A stretch of DNA of 64,000 bases from Auanema rhodensis (taxonomy: Eukaryota > Animalia > Nematoda): NCBI GenBank assembly GCA_964057225.1, contig OZ059900.1:23746001-23810000 (forward strand), read 5' to 3'. The translations under genes were made by a program, and so were the position numbers. Under the pieces are notes generated by a model. That model was not told where the DNA came from, did no database searches, and saw only the letters and a list, made by a program, of their open reading frames with translations. Shown here piece by piece: positions 55,801-64,000 of the stretch. Every line of letters begins with the position of its first letter. Positions within the stretch are counted from its first letter, which is position 1.

Positions 55801-58800
55801 AATAAAATATTTCTCATGGGAAATACTGTGTTTTTGTATTTTTCTAGTGTTCAGCATGTAAAATACTTCATTTTAGTATGTAACACGCTGAAATTCGTTG
55901 CATTGGACGACTCATATGAACAAAAATCGATTTAATCAATATTAGCCATAAGGGGCGTGCCCTCAGAATATGCTAATTTCCTAATTTTTCTAACCCCTGT
56001 TTTTTTGTCGTGAAAGTGGAACTAGACGTTGTACGAACAATTTTGAGCTAGGTTTCATTGACATTGCATGAGTTTGAACACATGAAATCGTAAGTCAAAA
56101 CCTTGTTTACAGCGAAATTTCCAAAAACTGGTTTTCCAGCATAATAAAATATTTCTCATGGGAAATACTGTGTTTTTGTATTTTTTTAGTGTTCAGCATG
56201 TAAAATGCTTCATTTTAGTATGTAACACGCTGAAATTCGTTGCATTTGACGACTCATATGAACAAAAATCGATTTAATCAATATTAGCCATAAGGGGCGT
56301 GCCCTCAGAATATGCTAATTTCCTTAATTTTCTAACCCCTGTTTTTTGTCGTGAAAGTGGAACTAGACGTTGTAGGAACAATTTTGAGCTAGGTTTCATT
56401 GACATTGCATGAGTTTGAACACATGAAATCGTAAGTCAAAACCTTGTTTACAGCGAAATTTCCAAAAACTGGTTTTCCAGCATAATAAAATATTTCTCTT
56501 GGGAAATACTGTGTTTTTGTATTTTTCTAGTGTTCAGCATGTAAAATACTTCATTTAAGTATGTAACACGCTGAAATTCGTTGCATTTGACGACTCATAT
56601 GAACAAAAATCGATTTAATCAATATTAGCCATAAGGGGCGTGCCCTCAGAATATGCTAATTTCCTTAATTTTCTAACCCCTGTTTTTTTGTCGTGAAAGT
56701 GGAACTAGACGTTGTACAAACAATTTTGAGCTAGGTTTCATTGACATTGCATGAGTTTGAACACATGAAATCGTAAGTCAAAACCTTGTTTACAGCGAAA
56801 TTTCCAAAAACTGGTTTTCCAGCATAATAAAATATTTCTCATGGGAAAAACTGTGTTTTTGTATTTTTCTAGTGTTCAGCATGTAAAATGCTTCATTTTA
56901 GTATGTAACACGCTGAAATTCGTTGCATTTGACGACTCATATGAACAAAAATCGATTTAATCAATATTAGCCATAAGGGGCGTGCCCTCAGAATATGCTA
57001 ATTTCCTTAATTTTCTAACCCCTGTTTTTTGTCGTGAAAGTGGAACTAGACGTTGTAGGAACAGTTTTGAGCTAGGTTTCATTGACATTGCATGAGTTTG
57101 AACACATGAAATCGTAAGTCAAAACCTTGTTTACGGCGAAATTTCCAAAAACTGGTTTTCCAGCATAATAAAATATTTCTCATGGGAAATACTGTGTTTT
57201 TGTATTTTTCTAGTGTTCAGCATGTAAAATACTTCATTTAAGTATGTAACACGCTGAAATTCGTTGCATTTGACGACTCATATGAACAAAAATCGATTTA
57301 ATCAATATTAGCCATAAGGGGCGTGCCCTCAGAATATGCTAATTTCCTAAATTTTCTAACCCCTGTTTTTTTGTCGTGAAAGTGGAACTAGACGTTGTAG
57401 GAACAATTTTGAGCTAGGTTTCATTGACATTGCATGAGTTTGAACACATGAAATCGTAAGCCAAAACCTTGTTTACAGCGAAATTTCCAAAAACTGGTTT
57501 TCCAGCATAATAAAATATTTCTCATGGGAAATACTGTGTTTTTGTATTTTTCTAGTGTTCAGCATGTAAAATACTTCATTTTAGTATGTAACACGCTGAA
57601 ATTCGTTGCATTGGACGACTCATATGAACAAAAATCGATTTAATCAATATTAGCCATAAGGGGCGTGCCCTCAGAATATGCTAATTTCCTAATTTTTCTA
57701 ACCCCTGTTTTTTTGTCGTGAAAGTGGAACTAGACGTTGTACGAACAATTTTGAGCTAGGTTTCATTGACATTGCATGAGTTTGAACACATGAAATCGTA
57801 AGTCAAAACCTTGTTTACAGCGAAATTTCCAAAAACTGGTTTTCCAGCATAATAAAATATTTCTCATGGGAAATACTGTGTTTTTGTATTTTTTTAGTGT
57901 TCAGCATGTAAAATGCTTCATTTTAGTATGTAACACGCTGAAATTTGTTGCATTTGACGACTCATATGAACAAAAATCGATTTAATCAATATTAGCCATA
58001 AGGGGCGTGCCCTCAGAATATGCTAATTTCCTTAATTTTCTAACCCTTGTTTTTTTGTCGTGAAAGTGGAACTAGACGTTGTACAAACAATTTTGAGCTA
58101 GGTTTCATTGACATTGCATGAGTTTGAACATATGAAATCGTAAGTCAAAACCTTGTTTACAGCGAAATTTCCAAAAACTGGTTTTCCAGCATAATAAAAT
58201 ATTTCTCATGAGAAATACTGTGTTTTTGTATTTTTCTAGTGTTCAGCATGTAAAATGCTTCATTTTAGTATGTAACACGCTGAAATTCGTTGCATTTGAC
58301 GACTCATATGAACAAAAATCGATTTAATCAATATTAGCCATAAGGGGCGTGCCCTCAGAATATGCTAATTTCCTTAATTTTCTAACCCCTGTTTTTTGTC
58401 GTGAAAGTGGAACTAGACGTTGTACAAACAATTTTGAGCTAGGTTTCATTGACATTGCATGAGTTTGAACACATGAAATCGTAAGTCAAAACCTTGTTTA
58501 CAGCGAAATTTCCAAAAACTGGTTTTCCAGCATAATAAAATATTTCTCATGGGAAATACTGTGTTTTTGTATTTTTTTAGTGTTCAGCATGTAAAATGCT
58601 TCATTTTAGTATGTAACACGCTGAAATTCGTTGCATTTGACGACTCATATGAACAAAAATCGATTTAATCAATATTAGCCATAAGGGGCGTGCCCTCAGA
58701 ATATGCTAATTTCCTTAATTTTCTAACCCCTGTTTTTTTGTCGTGAAAGTGGAACTAGACGTTGTACAAACAATTTTGAGCTAGGTTTCATTGACATTGC

Positions 58801-61800
58801 ATGAGTTTGAACACATGAAATCGTAAGTCAAAACCTTGTTTACAGCGAAATTTCCAAAAACTGGTTTTTCAGCATAATAAAATATTTCTCATGAGAAATA
58901 CTGTGTTTTTGTATTTTTCTAGTGTTCAGCATGTAAAATGCTTCATTTTAGTATGTAACACGCTGAAATTCGTTGCATTTGACGACTCATATGAACAAAA
59001 ATCGATTTAATCAATATTAGCCATAAGGGGCGTGCCCTCAGAATATGCTAATTTCCTTAATTTTCTAACCCCTGTTTTTTTGTCGTGAAAGTGGAACTAG
59101 ACGTTGTACAAACAATTTTGAGCTAGGTTTCATTGACATTGCATGAGTTTGAACACATGAAATCGTAAGTCAAAACCTTGTTTACAGCGAAATTTCCAAA
59201 AACTGGTTTTCCAGCATAATAAAATATTTCTCATGGGAAAAACTGTGTTTTTGTATTTTTCTAGTGTTCAGCATGTAAAATGCTTCATTTTAGTATGTAA
59301 CACGCTGAAATTCGTTGCATTTGACGACTCATATGAACAAAAATCGATTTAATCAATATTAGCCATAAGGGGCGTGCCCTCAGAATATGCTAATTTCCTT
59401 AATTTTCTAACCCCTGTTTTTTGTCGTGAAAGTGGAACTAGACGTTGTAGGAACAGTTTTGAGCTAGGTTTCATTGACATTGCATGAGTTTGAACACATG
59501 AAATCGTAAGTCAAAACCTTGTTTACGGCGAAATTTCCAAAAACTGGTTTTCCAGCATAATAAAATATTTCTCATGGGAAATACTGTGTTTTTGTATTTT
59601 TCTAGTGTTCAGCATGTAAAATACTTCATTTAAGTATGTAACACGCTGAAATTCGTTGCATTTGACGACTCATATGAACAAAAATCGATTTAATCAATAT
59701 TAGCCATAAGGGGCGTGCCCTCAGAATATGCTAATTTCCTAAATTTTCTAACCCCTGTTTTTTTGTCGTGAAAGTGGAACTAGACGTTGTAGGAACAATT
59801 TTGAGCTAGGTTTCATTGACATTGCATGAGTTTGAACACATGAAATCGTAAGCCAAAACCTTGTTTACAGCGAAATTTCCAAAAACTGGTTTTCCAGCAT
59901 AATAAAATATTTCTCATGAGAAATACTGTGTTTTTGTATTTTTCTAGTGTTCAGCATGTAAAATGCTTCATTCTAGTATGTAACACGCTGAAATTCGTTG
60001 CATTTGACGACTCATATGAACAAAAATCGATTTAATCAATATTAGCCATAAGGGGCGTGCCCTCAGAATATGCTAATTTCCTTAATTTTCTAACCCCTGT
60101 TTTTTGTCGTGAAAGTGGAACTAGACGTTGTAGGAACAATTTTGAGCTAGGTTTCATTGACATTGCATGAGTTTGAACACATGAAATCGTAAGTCAAAAC
60201 CTTGTTTACAGCGAAATTTCCAAAAACTGGTTTTCCAGCATAATAAAATATTTCTCATGGGAAATACTGTGTTTTTGTATTTTTCTAGTGTTCAGCATGT
60301 AGAATACTTCATTTAAGTATGTAACACGCTGAAATTCGTTGCATTTGACGACTCATATGAACAAAAATCGATTTAATCAATATTAGCCATAAGGGGCGTG
60401 CCCTCAGAATATGCTAATTTCCTTAATTTTCTAACCCTTGTTTTTTTGTCGTGAAAGTGGAACTAGACGTTGTACAAACAATTTTGAGCTAGGTTTCATT
60501 GACATTGCATGAGTTTGAACATATGAAATCGTAAGTCAAAACCTTGTTTACAGCGAAACTTCCAAAAACTGGTTTTCCAGCATAATAAAATATTTCTCAT
60601 GGGAAATACTGTGTTTTTGTATTTTTCTAGTGTTCAGCATGTAAAATACTTCATTTTAGTATGTAACACGCTGAAATTCGTTGCATTGGACGACTCATAT
60701 GAACAAAAATCGATTTAATCAATATTAGCCATAAGGGGCGTGCCCTCAGAATATGCTAATTTCCTAATTTTTCTAACCCCTGTTTTTTTGTCGTGAAAGT
60801 GGAACTAGACGTTGTACGAACAATTTTGAGCTAGGTTTCATTGACATTGCATGAGTTTGAACACATGAAATCGTAAGTCAAAACCTTGTTTACAGCGAAA
60901 TTTCCAAAAACTGGTTTTCCAGCATAATAAAATATTTCTCATGGGAAATACTGTGTTTTTGTATTTTTTTAGTGTTCAGCATGTAAAATGCTTCATTTTA
61001 GTATGTAACACGCTGAAATTCGTTGCATTTGACGACTCATATGAACAAAAATCGATTTAATCAATATTAGCCATAAGGGGCGTGCCCTCAGAATATGCTA
61101 ATTTCCTTAATTTTCTAACCCCTGTTTTTTGTCGTGAAAGTGGAACTAGACGTTGTAGGAACAATTTTGAGCTAGGTTTCATTGACATTGCATGAGTTTG
61201 AACACATGAAATCGTAAGTCAAAACCTTGTTTACAGCGAAATTTCCAAAAACTGGTTTTCCAGCATAATAAAATATTTCTCTTGGGAAATACTGTGTTTT
61301 TGTATTTTTCTAGTGTTCAGCATGTAAAATACTTCATTTAAGTATGTAACACGCTGAAATTCGTTGCATTTGACGACTCATATGAACAAAAATCGATTTA
61401 ATCAATATTAGCCATAAGGGGCGTGCCCTCAGAATATGCTAATTTCCTTAATTTTCTAACCCTTGTTTTTTTGTCGTGAAAGTGGAACTAGACGTTGTAC
61501 AAACAATTTTGAGCTAGGTTTCATTGACATTGCATGAGTTTGAACATATGAAATCGTAAGTCAAAACCTTGTTTACAGCGAAATTTCCAAAAACTGGTTT
61601 TCCAGCATAATAAAATATTTCTCATGGGAAATACTGTGTTTTTGTATTTTTCTAGTGTTCAGCATGTAAAATACTTCATTTTAGTATGTAACACGCTGAA
61701 ATTCGTTGCATCGGACGACTCATATGAACAAAAATCGATTTAATCAATATTAGCCATAAGGGGCGTGCCCTCAGAATATGCTAATTTCCTAATTTTTCTA

Positions 61801-62538
61801 ACCCCTGTTTTTTTGTCGTGAAAGTGGAACTAGACGTTGTACGAACATTTTTGAGCTAGGTTTCATTGACATTGCATGAGTTTGAACACATGAAATCGTA
61901 AGTCAAAACCTTGTTTACAGCGAAATTTCCAAAAACTGGTTTTCCAGCATAATAAAATATTTCTCATGGGAAATACTGTGTTTTTGTATTTTTTTAGTGT
62001 TCAGCATGTAAAATGCTTCATTTTAGTATGTAACACGCTGAAATTCGTTGCATTTGACGACTCATATGAACAAAAATCGATTTAATCAATATTAGCCATA
62101 AGGGGCGTGCCCTCAGAATATGCTAATTTCCTTAATTTTCTAACCCCTGTTTTTTGTCGTGAAAGTGGAACTAGACGTTGTAGGAACAATTTTGAGCTAG
62201 GTTTCATTGACATTGCATGAGTTTGAACACATGAAATCGTAAGTCAAAACCTTGTTTATAGCGAAATTTCCAAAAACTGGTTTTCCAGCATAATAAAATA
62301 TTTCTCTTGGGAAATACTGTGTTTTTGTATTTTTCTAGTGTTCAGCATGTAAAATACTTCATTTAAGTATGTAACACGCTGAAATTCGTTGCATTTGACG
62401 ACTCATATGAACAAAAATCGATTTAATCAATATTAGCCATAAGGGGCGTGCCCTCAGAATATGCTAATTTCCTAAATTTTCTAACCCCTGTTTTTTTGTC
62501 GTGAAAGTGGAACTAGACGTTGTACGAACAATTTTGAG
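49898..62538 (+). repeat. Satellite domain 5: irregular 4-7-mer higher-order repeat
   Basis: The order A335G, then A64G monomer (51607, 53315, 54681, 57072, 59464), then T48C, A156G, C34T/T200G, C139T recurs with deletions. Block 50924-53314 recurs at 58781-61171. Confidence 0.8.
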
Positions 62539-64000
62539 CTAGGTTTCATTGACATTGCATGAGTTTGAACACATGAAATCGTAAGTCAAAACCTTGTTTA
62601 CAGCGAAATTTCCAAAAACTGGTTTTCCAGCATAATAAAATATTTCTCATGGGAAATACTGTGTTTTTGTATTTTTCTAGTGTTCAGCATGTAAAATACT
62701 TCATTTAAGTATGTAACACGCTGAAATTCGTTGCATTTGACGACTCATATGAACAAAAATCGATTTAATCAATATTAGCCATAAGGGGCGTGCCCTCAGA
62801 ATATGCTAATTTCCTAAATTTTCTAACCCCTGTTTTTTTGTCGTGAAAGTGGAACTAGACGTTGTACAAACAATTTTGAGCTAGGTTTCATTGACATTGC
62901 ATGAGTTTGAACACATGAAATCGTAAGTCAAAACCTTGTTTACAGCGAAATTTCCAAAAACTGGTTTTCCAGCATAATAAAATATTTCTCATGGGAAATA
63001 CTGTGTTTTTGTATTTTTCTAGTGTTCAGCATGTAAAATACTTCATTTAAGTATGTAACACGCTGAAATTCGTTGCATTTGACGACTCATATGAACAAAA
63101 ATCGATTTAATCAATATTAGCCATAAGGGGCGTGCCCTCAGAATATGCTAATTTCCTAAATTTTCTAACCCCTGTTTTTTTGTCGTGAAAGTGGAACTAG
63201 ACGTTGTACAAACAATTTTGAGCTAGGTTTCATTGACATTGCATGAGTTTGAACACATGAAATCGTAAGTCAAAACCTTGTTTACAGCGAAATTTCCAAA
63301 AACTGGTTTTCCAGCATAATAAAATATTTCTCATGAGAAATACTGTGTTTTTGTATTTTTCTAGTGTTCAGCATGTAAAATACTTCATTTAAGTATGTAA
63401 CACGCTGAAATTCGTTGCATTTGACGACTCATATGAACAAAAATCGATTTAATCAATATTAGCCATAAGGGGCGTGCCCTCAGAATATGCTAATTTCCTA
63501 AATTTTCTAACCCCTGTTTTTTTGTCGTGAAAGTGGAACTAGACGTTGTACGAACAATTTTGAGCTAGGTTTCATTGACATTGCATGAGTTTGAACACAT
63601 GAAATCGTAAGTCAAAACCTTGTTTACAGCGAAATTTCCAAAAACTGGTTTTCCAGCATAATAAAATATTTCTCATGGGAAATACTGTGTTTTTGTATTT
63701 TTCTAGTGTTCAGCATGTAAAATACTTCATTTAAGTATGTAAGACGCTGAAATTCGTTGCATTTGACGACTCATATGAACAAAAATCGATTTAATCAATA
63801 TTAGCCATAAGGGGCGTGCCCTCAGAATATGCTAATTTCCTAAATTTTCTAACCCCTGTTTTTTTGTCGTGAAAGTGGAACTAGACGTTGTACAAACAAT
63901 TTTGAGCTAGGTTTCATTGACATTGCATGAGTTTGAACACATGAAATCGTAAGTCAAAACCTTGTTTACAGCGAAATTTCCAAAAACTGGTTTTCCAGCA
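62539..64000 (+). repeat. Run of near-identical single monomers (G160A, T169A, T278A haplotype)
   Basis: Monomers at 62539, 62881, 63223 and 63565 all carry AAAATACTTCATTTAAG and CCTAAATT. 62539-62880 and 62881-63222 appear identical. Confidence 0.8.

Larger units (their letters stand above)
1..64000. repeat. Tandem satellite DNA array, 342-bp monomer (341-343 bp variants), 187 full copies plus 1 partial, single orientation
   Basis: CTAG(G/A)TTTCATT recurs at 1, 342, 684, 1026, 1368 ... 63223, 63565, 63907 with no intervening unique sequence. Monomers differ from consensus by a few substitutions or 1-bp indels. ORF-track hits are spaced by multiples of about 342. Confidence 0.99.

Noticed and set aside
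13667-62196. Homopolymer length variants (T6/T7) as sequencing errors
   Set aside because: They co-segregate with substitutions (T6 with AGGA) and recur at matching positions in duplicated blocks, so most are real alleles.
1-64000. CRISPR array or repeat-spacer/cassette system
   Set aside because: There are no unique spacers; the entire 342-bp unit is repeated, and no cas, integrase or recombinase gene is present.
1-64000. 5S rRNA, tRNA, snRNA or spliced-leader tandem gene array
   Set aside because: No recognisable structural RNA sequence or Pol III internal promoter boxes in the unit on either strand by eye. An Rfam/Infernal scan would be the formal test.

Overview
The whole 64-kb window is one uninterrupted head-to-tail array of a 342-bp AT-rich satellite DNA (about 34% GC by hand count). 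It holds 187 complete monomers plus a partial one, all in the same orientation, each differing from the consensus at only a few positions. I see no genes, RNA genes, transposon insertions, CRISPR spacers or inversions. All 27 ORFs in the track are by-products of satellite variants that remove a stop codon. The organisation fits eukaryotic (peri)centromeric heterochromatin, and the lack of CpG depletion suggests a weakly methylated, possibly invertebrate genome, but I cannot assign family or species. Three things stand out. (1) Diagnostic SNPs split the array into successive domains with local higher-order repeats (6-, 4-, 3-, 7- and 5-7-mers) and nested 1-8 kb block duplications, and the shorter repeats derive from the longer ones through chimeric monomers. 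(2) The monomer is dense in dyad symmetries, and many successful variants perfect or switch a quasi-palindrome, for example an 18-bp perfect palindrome TATTTCTCATGAGAAATA. (3) There are faint traces of an ancient 2 x ~171-bp origin and tight length conservation (341-343 bp). Variant names such as G114A use monomer coordinates with position 1 = the C of CTAGGTTTCA. All typing was done by eye.
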